From Bacteroides sp. (GTDB taxonomy: Bacteria; Bacteroidota; Bacteroidia; Bacteroidales; Muribaculaceae), in assembly GCA_023666835.1 (NCBI GenBank), contig JAMPBJ010000001.1, positions 185,185 through 249,184 of the forward strand: a DNA stretch of 64,000 nt. Reading direction: 5' to 3'. The notes below the pieces were generated by a model. The model did not search any database. It saw nothing but the letters and a program-made list of their open reading frames with translations, and was not told the DNA's origin. The translations under genes and the position numbers were made by a program. Below are positions 18,877 to 29,821 of the stretch, piece after piece; position 1 is the stretch's first letter, and every line of letters starts with the position of its first letter.

Positions 18877-21800
18877 CTATCTCACAATCTTAATCCCCCG
18901 GTCGTCGATCCGCAAAATGAAAAAGCCGCAACGGGGCATCGCAACGCTGATCTCCCCGTCGGCAGCCACGCGTTTCTGATACAAAGCAACACCGGCCACG
19001 TCATACAGCCCGACAAGCTGTCCGGCCTCGGCATAAAGAGTCAACTGATTCCCGGTGATCTCAAACCGCAGGGCATCGTCGTCAGAAAGGCGGTCGAGAG
19101 CATTCAGATCCTGCTCATGCTCGCGAAATTTGATGGTGAATTTGCATCCCACGTCGGTTGTGTTGATGGCGCCGGTCGACGCCGTGATGCCGTAGTTGCC
19201 TATCTTGTAGGTCGATCCGCTGTTGAGCATGTGCATCTGCGAAGGCAGATCGCTGTGGAGGGCAAAGAGCACGCCCTGACGTAGAAAGGTATACTTCCAT
19301 CCTGCTCCGTCGGGCAGTCCGGTTTGCGAACCAAACACTTTCACCGATGAGTTGCCGCCGCTTGCTATCCGTGCGTCGGTCAGAAGATAATGGTCTTGCG
19401 ATCGGTTCACTATGGCATAGGTGCCGTCGTCGAGCAACACAAATTTCCAATGCTGGGTCTGTGCTCCGGTATAGGCCGAGCCATAGGTGTAGCCGGTGGT
19501 CCAGGTCATGGCTTTTTCGCCATCGCGCACCGACGATATCGTATACCAGTATTCATCCCACGGAGTCGATATCTCAGGCGTATTATAGCCGTCGAGAAAG
19601 GCCAAGCGTGCACTTTCAAGCGCGTTGTAGGCATCCAGGACCTCCTCATCGGTCGAGGCGCCGTTGTTGGCCACGGTCTGTGCCTTGGCTATGGCATCGT
19701 TCAGTTCGTCGACAGTAGTCTGGCTGTATTCTCCTGGTTCGTCACCGATGGTCACGCCCGACACTGCCTGCTGGGCTGCATTGATGGCTGTGGGCAGCGG
19801 ATTGGTGTCGGAAGTAGCAACCATTTCAAATTTAAAAAGACAGCCGCCATCGGTGGTTTGTGTGCCCGATCCCCAGTTATACACCTGATAGCTGTGAGCC
19901 GATGTGGTCTGGTTGAGCTGTTGCTCGCCGCTGACCACTATGAAGTAGCTGCCGTTGTTGATATATTTCAGTTGCCAGCCGCCCGATGTCGGCACTCCGG
20001 TCTGTGCCTTAAGCGCGGTGTTGTAGGCGGAGTTGGGGCTGATGTGGCTCGTGGCATAGCGGCTCACTATAGCCACAGTGCCGTCTTGCAGTTCCACGAA
20101 TTTCCACTGGTGTTTGGTCTGACCTATGGCATATGTCTCTCCGTAGAGAGCCCCGTTGTTGGAGCGGTAGGCCACCACGCGGTTTTCACGGCCGGGAGCA
20201 TAGATTTTATACCAGTATTCTTTAGTGGGTGTCGAGATTTTCGGACGGTTCCATGCGTCGGCAAAGGCTTCGATCTTTTCATTGAGCAGTCGTGCTGCCT
20301 CGTTGTATGCCTCATCGTCGAGTGTCTCATCGTTGCGCACGACCTGTGCCTCGGCTATCGCGGCATTGAACTCGTTGATGGTGGCCTGGGTATATTGTCC
20401 GGGATTGTTGCCGATCTCCACACCCGATTTTGCGGCATTGGCCCGGCTTAACGCGTCAATCAGCACTTCCATTGCAGGGTTCTGGATGCGGTCGGGCGAA
20501 TAGACCAGACCGGGAGCGGCATCGCGTCCGTCGGGGGTAGTCAGCACGCAGTTAAACATCCATTTCACCATGCGGGTCTCGTTTTGCGAGAACGATCCCA
20601 CGGGAAGTTTCATCATTATCTTGTTCCAGCCTTGATGGAGCGTGACGGGAATCGGATCACGGGCTGTCATATTCTCGTTTTTGAGTGTCACCTCCGACGA
20701 TTTTGTGGTGTGGGTATTCTCCCATGTCGGAGGCGCTATCTCGTTGTCGTTGATCCAAATGCGACTTTCCTTGTAGTCCCATTTGCCCTGCGGTGCGGCA
20801 AGGTCAGTCTCCGAACGGCTGTAGTTCTGGAATTCAACAATCAGGCCCACTTGCTGATCTTCAGGGCTAAATACATAGGTGTAGGCATAAGCCGTGTGGT
20901 TGGTCTGCGGATTGGCATAGAAGCCGGGCACCGATGTGCCCCACACATGGCGCAGATACACACCACCACCGAGTGCGTCGGAGGCTCCGTAAGTTGTGCC
21001 GTTGTAAGTATAGTTGTCGCTGATGCCGGAGGTCTCGGGCGGGAAGGCTGCAGTCAGCGTGCCGCCGTTGGGGAACTGGTCGGTGATGCGCCAGCGCATG
21101 TGGCTCTGTTTCACGTATGGAATCGGCTCCGTCTGCAGGAAATGATCTTTGTGGAAGAGGAATCGCTCTTCCCAGTCAAAGAATGCAGTGTCGTTGCGCA
21201 GAAGCAGTGTGCCCACCTGAGGGAAATAGCCGTCGCCGCCGCCCATCCACGAGCGTTCGGCTATGGCAAGCATCGACGAATACAAGCTGTTTTGTTTTAT
21301 AATCGCCTCGTCGGATGGCAAATAGCGGTCGTTCCAGAACGATACGATCACCCCGGCATACTGGTCGCTGCCTTTGGCCTGGTCGGCTATCGTGCTCTTA
21401 TACAGGCTGACGATATCGGCATAGTTGTCGAAATGGTTGGCATAGTGATAGCGGGAGTCGATCGTGGGCACTCCGGTGATCGGACGTCCCGAGCTGCTCC
21501 ACATCTGTATCATGTCAATGTCGGCCGATGTGTAGCTGTAGCCGGGATTCCACGACACCACCTTCTTGCCCAGCCCACGGATATGCGACACCATCTGTGG
21601 CACAAACGATGTCCAGTTCATAGTGCCCTGGTCCTCGCTGCGGAGTTCGTCGGTGCCGATATGCATCCAATCGGTGCCGGAGAAGGTCTCGCAGGCTTCG
21701 GTCATGATCGCTTTCATTTCGGCCAAGCCCTGGGTGGTCAGCATGCTGTGGCCCATGGCTTTGCGGAAAGCTTCGCTGTGGCCGGGCATGTCGATTTCGG

Positions 21801-22515
21801 GTATCACCGTGATGCCGTGGCGCGATGCATAAGTCACCAGCTGCTTGGCTTGCTCTATGGTGTAGTATTTGCCTGGCAGACGGGTATAGCTGGAGTTGGC
21901 GTTGAGTTGCGGATACACCTTGCTCTCCAGACGCCAGCCCTGGTTTTCGGTCAGGTGCCAGTGGAACGTGTTGATCTTGTAGCGTGACAGTTTTTCAATC
22001 TGGTTCAGCAGTTCGTCAAATTCCAGATAACCGCGCCCCACGTCGTGCGTATAGCCTCGAAGTTTGAATGCGGCCCAGTCAAGGATCGTGCCGCAGTTGA
22101 GTCCGTTGTCATTCTCTTCGGCAAGCTGCCATAGGGTCTGCACACCCCAATATGCGCCACGCAGTGTCTTGGCTTTCAGATCCACGCGGTCCGGGGCGAT
22201 TGTAAGCGAGTAGGCCTCGTCCTGAAATTCGGCGCCGGCCACGTTGTCGACAAGCGTCACCACGATTGCCGCACCGCTACCGGCATCGACCGATCCTCCG
22301 TATGTCTCAATAAGTTGTGTCAGTTCGGCTTCCACGGCCGGATCAGCATCGCCCGACTGCGGTGCGGTGAGCGCTATCGAACGGTTGAGCGCAAATTTAG
22401 CTCCATCGGCCGTCAGGTCGCACTGCTGAGGCTTGGGCAACAGATGTCCCGGACCGGCCACTGCCGCATGTACGCATAGTATTAAAAATGCAAGAAGTGT
22501 GTATAATTTTCTCAT
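18877..22515 (-). CDS. Modular GH20 beta-N-acetylhexosaminidase with duplicated FIVAR-like + beta-trefoil-like modules and probable T9SS C-terminal domain
   Basis: HDVGRG, FHWHLTENQGWR, PEIDMPGH, catalytic HIGTDE; two copies of IG..PG.Y..PxISTP..EYWY; C-terminal ..YDVAG..KIVR. Confidence 0.9.
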   Translation of the reverse strand: MRKLYTLLAFLILCVHAAVAGPGHLLPKPQQCDLTADGAKFALNRSIALTAPQSGDADPAVEAELTQLIETYGGSVDAGSGAAIVVTLVDNVAGAEFQDEAYSLTIAPDRVDLKAKTLRGAYWGVQTLWQLAEENDNGLNCGTILDWAAFKLRGYTHDVGRGYLEFDELLNQIEKLSRYKINTFHWHLTENQGWRLESKVYPQLNANSSYTRLPGKYYTIEQAKQLVTYASRHGITVIPEIDMPGHSEAFRKAMGHSMLTTQGLAEMKAIMTEACETFSGTDWMHIGTDELRSEDQGTMNWTSFVPQMVSHIRGLGKKVVSWNPGYSYTSADIDMIQMWSSSGRPITGVPTIDSRYHYANHFDNYADIVSLYKSTIADQAKGSDQYAGVIVSFWNDRYLPSDEAIIKQNSLYSSMLAIAERSWMGGGDGYFPQVGTLLLRNDTAFFDWEERFLFHKDHFLQTEPIPYVKQSHMRWRITDQFPNGGTLTAAFPPETSGISDNYTYNGTTYGASDALGGGVYLRHVWGTSVPGFYANPQTNHTAYAYTYVFSPEDQQVGLIVEFQNYSRSETDLAAPQGKWDYKESRIWINDNEIAPPTWENTHTTKSSEVTLKNENMTARDPIPVTLHQGWNKIMMKLPVGSFSQNETRMVKWMFNCVLTTPDGRDAAPGLVYSPDRIQNPAMEVLIDALSRANAAKSGVEIGNNPGQYTQATINEFNAAIAEAQVVRNDETLDDEAYNEAARLLNEKIEAFADAWNRPKISTPTKEYWYKIYAPGRENRVVAYRSNNGALYGETYAIGQTKHQWKFVELQDGTVAIVSRYATSHISPNSAYNTALKAQTGVPTSGGWQLKYINNGSYFIVVSGEQQLNQTTSAHSYQVYNWGSGTQTTDGGCLFKFEMVATSDTNPLPTAINAAQQAVSGVTIGDEPGEYSQTTVDELNDAIAKAQTVANNGASTDEEVLDAYNALESARLAFLDGYNTPEISTPWDEYWYTISSVRDGEKAMTWTTGYTYGSAYTGAQTQHWKFVLLDDGTYAIVNRSQDHYLLTDARIASGGNSSVKVFGSQTGLPDGAGWKYTFLRQGVLFALHSDLPSQMHMLNSGSTYKIGNYGITASTGAINTTDVGCKFTIKFREHEQDLNALDRLSDDDALRFEITGNQLTLYAEAGQLVGLYDVAGVALYQKRVAADGEISVAMPRCGFFILRIDDRGIKIVR

Positions 22516-22645
22516 GGTCTGATTGTTTTCTACAAATCTACGATTTTATTTCCATATTTCTATTCTCCACAGGCGAAAAATAACCATTGGCCTCAACAGT
22601 CCGTCAGGCATGTCCAACATGTCCGACTCGTCCGATCACAAACAA

Positions 22646-22682
22646 GAAAAACGACATGCCGGAGCGTCTCCGACATGTCGTT
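22646..22682 (-). terminator. Intrinsic terminator of secG
   Basis: aacgacatgccggag / ctccgacatgtcgtt hairpin with an A tract on the + strand (U tract on -). Confidence 0.75.
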
Positions 22683-22706
22683 AGATCATCATCAATTTTC
22701 AACGCC

Positions 22707-23129
22707 TTATTCGCCGGCAGGAGCGGCTGTGGGATCGGCGGGAGCGGCAGCTTCTTCTGCTGCGGGTGCCGGAGTAGCTTCGGCTGCAGTCTGCTCTGTG
22801 GCTGCGGGAGCTGCTTCCTGAGCGGGAGCTTCACCGTCGTAGTTGGCACCGGCTACCGGCTGAGTGGCAGTGGCCGAGGCTTTGGTGCGGGGACCTACCT
22901 GAATGGCATTGTCCATCGTATAGCTTGAAAGGATGGCAAACACCGCGATGGCTGCTGCAAGATACCATGTCATCTTTTCGATGAAGCTGTTGGTGCGACG
23001 AACGCCCATCACCTGGTTCGAGCCTGCGAAAGTCGACGACAAGCCTCCACCTTTCGATTTCTGAATCAACACGATGCCGATAAGGAGTACGGCTGAAATA
23101 ATTGTAAGTACGACAAATAGTATAAACAT
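22707..23129 (-). CDS. secG: Preprotein translocase subunit SecG
   Basis: IVLIQKSKGGGLSSTF, EKMTW, two TM helices, Ala/Pro/Glu-rich tail. Confidence 0.95.
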   Translation of the reverse strand: MFILFVVLTIISAVLLIGIVLIQKSKGGGLSSTFAGSNQVMGVRRTNSFIEKMTWYLAAAIAVFAILSSYTMDNAIQVGPRTKASATATQPVAGANYDGEAPAQEAAPAATEQTAAEATPAPAAEEAAAPADPTAAPAGE

Positions 23130-23156
23130 TGTTTTTATGTATTTTTCCTTGGGTTG

Positions 23157-23906
23157 TTATTTCTTTTTCCGAGCCTGCTGAATGTAGATAAGTTTCTTCA
23201 GAAAGCGCAATTGGTCTGCAAAGTAAATACTTTTTTTCGGATTATTCAAACTTAATTGATAAATAATTTCATACGCCTTGTCATAGCGCTGCTGCTTGAC
23301 GTATATTTTGGCAAGACTTTCCGACAACGGGGCGTCGGCTTCGGCCTCGGCCATCGTCGTCCGGTGTTGTTGACGATCTTCCGTAGCTTGCTTCTCTTCG
23401 GCCTGCCGGGCGGCATTGCCCTGCTTGGCCAGAAATGCATCGAGGAGCGCATCCTGCTCCGACACGGGGCCTTCCGCCTCCTCCCGCGCCTGTTCGGCGA
23501 GCACCTGCGAATAGTCAGGCACAGGGTTGAATATCAACCGCTCGAGCAGCTCCGTTTCTTTCGGGTCACTGCTGCCATACTGATCGAGAAACGTATCGAG
23601 GGCATTTTCCGTACTTGGTGTGACCGGCGTTTCTTCCGATGGATAGAATTCAGCCATACGTCGGCCTTCGGGATCGGTCAATGCCATCAGTGTAGCACTG
23701 TCGGCGGCATTTATGGCTATCCGGGCTTGAAGCTGCCTACGGACAGATTCATCGAGCTGTGCATCGCGCAGCAGCAGCGCGGCCGGCACTGTAAAATAGG
23801 GATAGCGGTCGAGCACGGCGTTGACCGCGTCAAGATCGTCGGATGTCAGCGTCTCACCCGATTCAATCTTTTTCGCCAGATATGTCAAAGGTGCCGTCTC
23901 CATCAT
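23157..23906 (-). CDS. Conserved TPR-containing protein (lptE-secG cluster)
   Basis: RYPYF N-terminus, SESLAKIYVKQQRYDKAYEII..NPKKSIYFADQ C-terminus. Confidence 0.85.
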   Translation of the reverse strand: MMETAPLTYLAKKIESGETLTSDDLDAVNAVLDRYPYFTVPAALLLRDAQLDESVRRQLQARIAINAADSATLMALTDPEGRRMAEFYPSEETPVTPSTENALDTFLDQYGSSDPKETELLERLIFNPVPDYSQVLAEQAREEAEGPVSEQDALLDAFLAKQGNAARQAEEKQATEDRQQHRTTMAEAEADAPLSESLAKIYVKQQRYDKAYEIIYQLSLNNPKKSIYFADQLRFLKKLIYIQQARKKK

Positions 23907-23907
23907 C

Positions 23908-24429
23908 CTACCAGTTGCCAAGTGTAGCGTTATATATCAGTTGCACAAGCTCTTCGCTGATCTCCTGGCATAGCTGATCCTGCACATCGGTAAGCATCTG
24001 CGAGCTGTCGAAGTCGCGATAGGCCGTAAACGTCTGGTCCACATCCTTGCCCTCGGCCTTGTGGTCGGTATACTTCACTCTCACACCGATGGTCAGTCGT
24101 GTGCGCGATGCGTATGCATCCTCCGTCACAGCCTGAGGCGTCAGATAGTACTGTGTGATTTCTCCCTCAATCGACAGATCCGATGCGCCATCGGTGGTCT
24201 GCAGACGGGTATTGCGGGTTATATAGTTCAGCAGCTCATTTTCAAAGGTCTGCTGAAGAGGAGGGTAAACCAGCGCAGCGCGTATCGGAAATTCCGACAC
24301 GTGCACGGTGTGATATATATTATAATCAAGTGGAGCGCCATTGAGCGTAAACGTAGGCACGCACCCGCCAAGCGAAAGCGACACAGCCGTCACACTCAAA
24401 AGCAGCATTATTTTATTCAAAATTTTCAT
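23908..24429 (-). CDS. lptE: LptE-family lipoprotein
   Basis: Lipobox LGGC, IEGEITQY, RLTIGVRVKY, IYNATLGNW. Confidence 0.85.
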   Translation of the reverse strand: MKILNKIMLLLSVTAVSLSLGGCVPTFTLNGAPLDYNIYHTVHVSEFPIRAALVYPPLQQTFENELLNYITRNTRLQTTDGASDLSIEGEITQYYLTPQAVTEDAYASRTRLTIGVRVKYTDHKAEGKDVDQTFTAYRDFDSSQMLTDVQDQLCQEISEELVQLIYNATLGNW

Positions 24430-24657
24430 CTCCGCAAAGTTACAACTTTTTCTCATTACAGCAACCACCCTCCCCAACAAAACCAACCCAAAGCCCCCCA
24501 ATCACCCATCCCCCCAAATTCCCATCTCTCCCACCTTCCGCACCATGTCATCAAACGCTCAACCAGTCCCACAGGTCTGACACGTCCGACATATCCGAGC
24601 GCTCCGGCCAAAGCCAACACTCCCCCAACATTATGGAATTCTTGTCACACTTATTAG

Positions 24658-26004
24658 TCAATGCGACGAAAGTATCCGCCACTGCTTGGGATACAGGTTG
24701 TTGGCGCGGTTACCGATGTTTTTTGCCCATCCCAGAGGATAGCCGCCATAGGTCAGCAGCACGATACCGCGGGGCATCGTCTCCGGTAGCGTCAGCGCCT
24801 GACACCTCAGATACTCAATGGCCTGGTCGCGCGTGAGCTCTACTTCGTCAAACGTCCCTCGTCGGAGCAGCGTCGACATCGCCAACTCCTGTGTAGGCAC
24901 AGGCTCACGGCCTTTCATCGTGGCCACGGTCACCGCAGGCGCATACGGATGATCGTCGAATGCAGTGTGGGGCCGAGCCGTGATGTTGCCTTCTGCGTCG
25001 CAGCTCAGACGGGTGTCGCAGTTCAGCCATCCGGCCACTTCCTTAGGCACGGCCATGGTTTTTCCCTGCATGCGTCGCTCATGTTTCTTCTGCTTCCTGG
25101 TCGGTCTGTTTTCATCATGCCCATCGGGCTTGCGCACCACCGCAATGAACAGCCCCTCGCCTCTGATGCTTCCGGGCAAAAACCGACACGCTTTTACACG
25201 AGGATCCACCGCCGGAATGATTCCCCACTCCGGATCGTAGTCAATCGCAACCGGTTCGGCTCCGTAGTGTTCCATCAGCCAAAGAACCATATCCTCGTTT
25301 TCGCGACGGTTGAAGGTGCATGTGCTGTAGATCATATATCCTCCGGGGACGAGTGCCTGCCAGAGATTGTCGACAATTTCTTTTTGACGGCTGACGCATT
25401 GCTCCACAAGCGATTCCGACCATTGCGCCACAGCTTCGTCGTCTTTTCGCATCATGCCCTCGCCCGAACAGGGCACATCGGCGGCTATAATATCGAAGCG
25501 AGCTCCGTCGCGTGCAAATCTGTCGGTCGGCCCTTGAAGCACCGTGCATGCGGGATTGCCCCATTTGGCCACATTTTCGCGTAGCACTGCGGCTCGCTGG
25601 CCCACAAATTCGTTGGCCACGACAAGCGACCCATCAGGCAACGCCCCAATGGCAGCCGTGGTCTTTCCTCCGGGAGCGGCACAGGCATCGAGATAGCGCA
25701 CAGGCCTGCAGTCGTCTGTCAAACGGCGCACAACATAGTCTATAAACATCGAAGATGCATCCTGCACATAATAGCAGCCTTGATGCCATCGGGGGTCGAA
25801 CGTAAACGCCCGGCGCTCTGCCAGATAGTATCCGTTTTCGCACCAGGGCACGCGCCCGTCAGCATCCTCAATCGCCACCGGCCGGGCTGGATTGACACGC
25901 ACCGACACACTACTTTCGCCCGTCAACGCTTCGGCAAGCCGCACGAAAGGCTCGCCGGGAAGCGATGCAAGCATAGTCAGAAAACCCTCGGGCAGTCGCG
26001 ACAT
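24658..26004 (-). CDS. RsmF/NOL1-NOP2 rRNA m5C methyltransferase
   Basis: YYVQDASSM, LDACAAPGGK, DVPCSGEGM, YSTCT, PUA-like NLYPKQWRI. Confidence 0.93.
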   Translation of the reverse strand: MSRLPEGFLTMLASLPGEPFVRLAEALTGESSVSVRVNPARPVAIEDADGRVPWCENGYYLAERRAFTFDPRWHQGCYYVQDASSMFIDYVVRRLTDDCRPVRYLDACAAPGGKTTAAIGALPDGSLVVANEFVGQRAAVLRENVAKWGNPACTVLQGPTDRFARDGARFDIIAADVPCSGEGMMRKDDEAVAQWSESLVEQCVSRQKEIVDNLWQALVPGGYMIYSTCTFNRRENEDMVLWLMEHYGAEPVAIDYDPEWGIIPAVDPRVKACRFLPGSIRGEGLFIAVVRKPDGHDENRPTRKQKKHERRMQGKTMAVPKEVAGWLNCDTRLSCDAEGNITARPHTAFDDHPYAPAVTVATMKGREPVPTQELAMSTLLRRGTFDEVELTRDQAIEYLRCQALTLPETMPRGIVLLTYGGYPLGWAKNIGNRANNLYPKQWRILSSH

Positions 26005-26984
26005 CAGATCGAAAGGCGGCGGAGTGTTTCGAGCAGTCCGCGATTTATCGGCTTGTCGTTCTTAATAGCCTTGGTGAAAGGCACATACACAATCTGATCG
26101 TTCTGGATACCGATCATCACATTGCGCTGGTCGTCGAGCAAGGCATCGATGGCAGCCGCGCCCATGCGCGAAGCCAGAATACGGTCGTGAGCTGTCGGCG
26201 AACCGCCACGCTGCAGGTGACCGAGTATCGAAACCCTCACATCGTAGCCGGGATATTCGTTCTTCACGCGCTCGGCCATACCCATCGCTCCACCGGTCAC
26301 CGGACTTTCTGCCACAAGCACTATCGATGAGTTCTTGCTCTTGCGGAAGCCGTTCTGGATGAGTTCAGCCAACTGGTCGACCTCGGTCGAAATTTCCGGT
26401 ATGATAGCTGCTTCGGCACCTGAAGCGATGGCTCCGTTGAGAGCCAGGAAGCCGGCGTCGCGTCCCATCACTTCGATGAAGAATAGGCGCTCATGGCTCG
26501 TGGCAGTGTCGCGGATCTTGTCGACACACTGCATGATCGTGTTCAGTGCTGTGTCGTAGCCGATCGTGGTGTCGGTGCCAAACAGGTCATTGTCTATAGT
26601 GCCGGGCAGACCGATAATAGGCAGGTTGAATTCGTTGGCAAATATGCGTGCACCGGTCAGCGAACCGTCGCCGCCTATCACCACAAGGGCATCGATCTCA
26701 TGACGGCGCAGATTGTCGTAAGCGAGCTGACGGCCTTCGGGGGTCTGAAATTCCGGACAACGTGCGGTCTTCAGAATCGTACCGCCCATCTGGATGATGT
26801 TCGACACATTCTGAGTCTTGAACTCCACGATCTCGTCGGAAATCAATCCGCGATAGCCGCGATAGATTCCCTTCACTTTAAACCCGCTATAGATGGCCGA
26901 ACGGGTGACGGCACGGATTGCAGCATTCATTCCGGGGGCATCGCCTCCCGAAGTCAGAATGCCTATACATTTGATTTCTGCCAT
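26004..26984 (-). CDS. pfkA: ATP-dependent 6-phosphofructokinase
   Basis: [37 protein letters not shown]. Confidence 0.97.
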   Translation of the reverse strand: MAEIKCIGILTSGGDAPGMNAAIRAVTRSAIYSGFKVKGIYRGYRGLISDEIVEFKTQNVSNIIQMGGTILKTARCPEFQTPEGRQLAYDNLRRHEIDALVVIGGDGSLTGARIFANEFNLPIIGLPGTIDNDLFGTDTTIGYDTALNTIMQCVDKIRDTATSHERLFFIEVMGRDAGFLALNGAIASGAEAAIIPEISTEVDQLAELIQNGFRKSKNSSIVLVAESPVTGGAMGMAERVKNEYPGYDVRVSILGHLQRGGSPTAHDRILASRMGAAAIDALLDDQRNVMIGIQNDQIVYVPFTKAIKNDKPINRGLLETLRRLSI

Positions 26985-27053
26985 ATTATCTTATTTTGTT
27001 GTAACAACACAACAAAAGTAGCGATTATTCTGTTCCCCACCAAATTCCAATCC

Positions 27054-27647
27054 CTAATTCCTGATTCCCACAACGAGAAGTTTGGATTCTCCTCGCCATG
27101 GCAACGAGGCACTGTAGACCTCATATTGCAACTTCACCGGCCGACCGGTCTGCTGGTATTGCTGGAGTTGGCGTGCAAGTTCCTCATTGGCAACGCTTAC
27201 TGATCGGCTGTGGCTGTAGGTGGCGATTGTGTCGGAGAGTCGTTCGGGCTCAACAATCTCCATCTCGTAGGTTTTAAAGATGACTCCACGACGTTCCACT
27301 TTTCCGACATAAGCAGTCATCACGGCATTGTCGGCCGTAGGCGACAGGTAGCGCAGATATCCGATCACGCCCAGTATCACAATCGCGATCAACATGGCAA
27401 GAGCTCCGCAGCCCACCTTTTTGGCCGACGACAGACATCCCACACCCGCACAGTCATCGTCGTCATGGTCGCGATCACGGTAACGATCGTTATCGTTGTC
27501 GTTGCTGTTGCTGTTGTCAACCCCAAAGTTGATGGTTCGGCTCGAACGCTGATTCACGTCAGATCGAACGCTATCGCGCTCAACTTCCGGTCGCGATTCT
27601 TCTGATTCGTCCAAAAAGTAGTCTTCGTAGTCTTCGTCGTCAATCAT
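27054..27647 (-). CDS. Hypothetical single-pass membrane protein
   Basis: Acidic disordered N-terminus, one TM, RGVIFKTYE and LPWRG motifs; operonic position. Confidence 0.7.
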   Translation of the reverse strand: MIDDEDYEDYFLDESEESRPEVERDSVRSDVNQRSSRTINFGVDNSNSNDNDNDRYRDRDHDDDDCAGVGCLSSAKKVGCGALAMLIAIVILGVIGYLRYLSPTADNAVMTAYVGKVERRGVIFKTYEMEIVEPERLSDTIATYSHSRSVSVANEELARQLQQYQQTGRPVKLQYEVYSASLPWRGESKLLVVGIRN

Positions 27648-27650
27648 ATC

Positions 27651-28757
27651 TCATTTTTTAGAAGTGGCCTTTCTTCGGCCAAGAGCTATGCATACAAAGG
27701 TAAATATTCCCAGCACAATGAGAAGCAATGTCTGGGTGCCCATCACCATATTGGCAAACGCCGTGGCATAGTCGCGCGTCAGTCCGTCGATGCCCGACGA
27801 GTAGATGCTAAGCGCAAACACCACAGCCCACTGCCACGGACCAATGCCGCCGTTGGATGGAATCACCATCGAGATGCTCGACAGGACGAAACACATCAGC
27901 ACCGCCCCCGCACCGAAACGCGCCACTACTTCCGCCGTCAGCGGGAACGAGAAAAACGCCACATACATCTGCAGATAGTAGCACCCCCATATCCCGACAG
28001 TCAGCAGCAGAAACTGCACGCGTCCGGGCATTACGGCCACCACGGAAAAACCATGCCACAGTCCACGGCAAAACCCGACTATCTTGCCAACGATCCGGCT
28101 ATGGCTATAGAAGTGAAATATAGCCCATGCTACACCGAGAGCCGCCAGCGCAGCCACGTAGAGCCAGGGCGACGACAGCATCGACATGACTTTGTCGACA
28201 GTCGTCGATGCACCCCCCTCGCGCAGGAAGTCGACCATCGGACCGCCGGCCACGATAAAGGTCACCAGCGTCAGCAAGGCCACTGTCAATGTGTCGGTCA
28301 GGCGGTCGGCAACCATCGATCCGAACACCTTGTCAAACGGTGCGTTCTGTCGCTGCGATATGTAGCCGGTGCGCCACAGTTCGCCAAGTCGCGGAAACAC
28401 AAGATTGACCGCATACGTGCCGAATATACTGAGCACCAGAGCAAACAGCGGAGGATCCACACCAATGGCCCGCAACTGAAGCCGCCAGCGCATGGCGCGA
28501 AACACATGCGACAGAATGCTGATGGCCATCATTAAAAGCAACCACCGGTAGTCGCATTGGCTGCGTATAATTGTCATCATCTCATCGAAGTCAATCGTCG
28601 AAAACAACAACCAGCACAACCCCACAGTGATCACTGCCGGGATCAGTATCTTGAACACCATCGACCAAACGCGCCGACCGCCACGGCCGGCGCTCTCTTT
28701 TGAGCCATCCGACCCATGGTTTTCTTTTCGCTCCGTGTCTATTTCTTTCATATTCAT
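27651..28757 (-). CDS. Lysylphosphatidylglycerol synthase TM (flippase-like, UPF0104) protein
   Basis: HVFRAMRWR, YAVNLVFPRLGELWR, ADRLTD, PSNGGIGPW. Confidence 0.88.
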   Translation of the reverse strand: MNMKEIDTERKENHGSDGSKESAGRGGRRVWSMVFKILIPAVITVGLCWLLFSTIDFDEMMTIIRSQCDYRWLLLMMAISILSHVFRAMRWRLQLRAIGVDPPLFALVLSIFGTYAVNLVFPRLGELWRTGYISQRQNAPFDKVFGSMVADRLTDTLTVALLTLVTFIVAGGPMVDFLREGGASTTVDKVMSMLSSPWLYVAALAALGVAWAIFHFYSHSRIVGKIVGFCRGLWHGFSVVAVMPGRVQFLLLTVGIWGCYYLQMYVAFFSFPLTAEVVARFGAGAVLMCFVLSSISMVIPSNGGIGPWQWAVVFALSIYSSGIDGLTRDYATAFANMVMGTQTLLLIVLGIFTFVCIALGRRKATSKK

Positions 28758-28918
28758 CGCAAAGATAACAATAACTCACCCTCCGACAAAAATTTCCCGA
28801 TCATTTTCCGACTTCACAAATCATCTCTCTGTATACTTTTCAACCCATTTTTTGTCGGATATGTCTTTTTTTTCTGAGATATTACCTATTTTTGCGTCGA
28901 ATTTTCCGCGCAATTGCC

Positions 28919-29821
28919 ATGAACAGAGAAAAGATCGAAGAGATCCGCCCCGACGTCATAAAGAAATACTCGTCGCAGTTCAGTTCGCTCGGGTCTGACT
29001 ACGTATTTTCACGACTGACCAAAACCGATCGGTTCAACGAGTTCAACCCCCACACAATGCGCATCGACGACATCACCATCGTGTTGTGTCTCAGTGGATC
29101 GATCGACATCAACGTCAATCTCTCGTCGGTTCACCTCGAGCCCAACATGCTCATGATCATAGGTTCCGGAAGCATCTTCAACGTCGACTCCGTAGACTGG
29201 GACAAACTCGACGCCTACGTGTTCGTCACCTCGCCCGACTTTATCCGCGACATCAACTTCGACGTCAATGTAATGACGGCTGTCAACGTGGCTCCCAACC
29301 GACAGCCTCTCTTTTCGCTGACCGACGAGGAAGTGCGTCTCATGAGCCGCTATCTCGACCTCATCCACTACAACACTGTCGACAACACCGATGCCCGCTA
29401 CGTGCGTTCCATATCGCGCTCGCTAGTTGCCGCCGCCGTCTACCAGCTGATGCAGTTTGCAGCCACCCGTCAGGTGCACTCCGACTCAGCAGCCCCGCTG
29501 TCGCGCAAGGCCAACTACGTCAAGGAATTCATGCATCTCGTGTCGACCCACTATCGGTGCGAGCGAGGCATCGCCTTCTACGCCCGACATCTCTTCATCT
29601 CGCCAAAATATCTCTCTCTGATAATCAAGGAGGCCACCGGCCGCTCGGCAGCCGAATGGATCGACGACCTGGTGATCATGGAGGCCAAAAACCTGCTGCG
29701 ATTCTCAGGCAAAAACGTGCAGCAGATAGCCTACGAACTCAACTTCAGCAACCAGTCGGCATTCGGAAAATACTTCAAACATCTCACAGGCATGTCGCCT
29801 ACCAAATTTCAGCATTCCTGA
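28919..29821 (+). CDS. AraC-family transcriptional regulator
   Basis: FYARHLFISPKYLS..IKEATGRSA, QIAYELNFSNQSAFGKYFKHLTGMSP. Confidence 0.94.
   Translation: MNREKIEEIRPDVIKKYSSQFSSLGSDYVFSRLTKTDRFNEFNPHTMRIDDITIVLCLSGSIDINVNLSSVHLEPNMLMIIGSGSIFNVDSVDWDKLDAYVFVTSPDFIRDINFDVNVMTAVNVAPNRQPLFSLTDEEVRLMSRYLDLIHYNTVDNTDARYVRSISRSLVAAAVYQLMQFAATRQVHSDSAAPLSRKANYVKEFMHLVSTHYRCERGIAFYARHLFISPKYLSLIIKEATGRSAAEWIDDLVIMEAKNLLRFSGKNVQQIAYELNFSNQSAFGKYFKHLTGMSPTKFQHS

Noticed and set aside
24431-24445. GCAAAGTTAC upstream of lptE as a third copy of the holin/capsid element
   Set aside because: Only the generic -7 box matches; the upstream ATTTTGGG..AACG block is absent at the expected spacing.
22611-24600. 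CRISPR array or iteron origin from the short repeats
   Set aside because: Units are 9 bp, degenerate, 3-4 copies with no spacers; no cas or rep gene.
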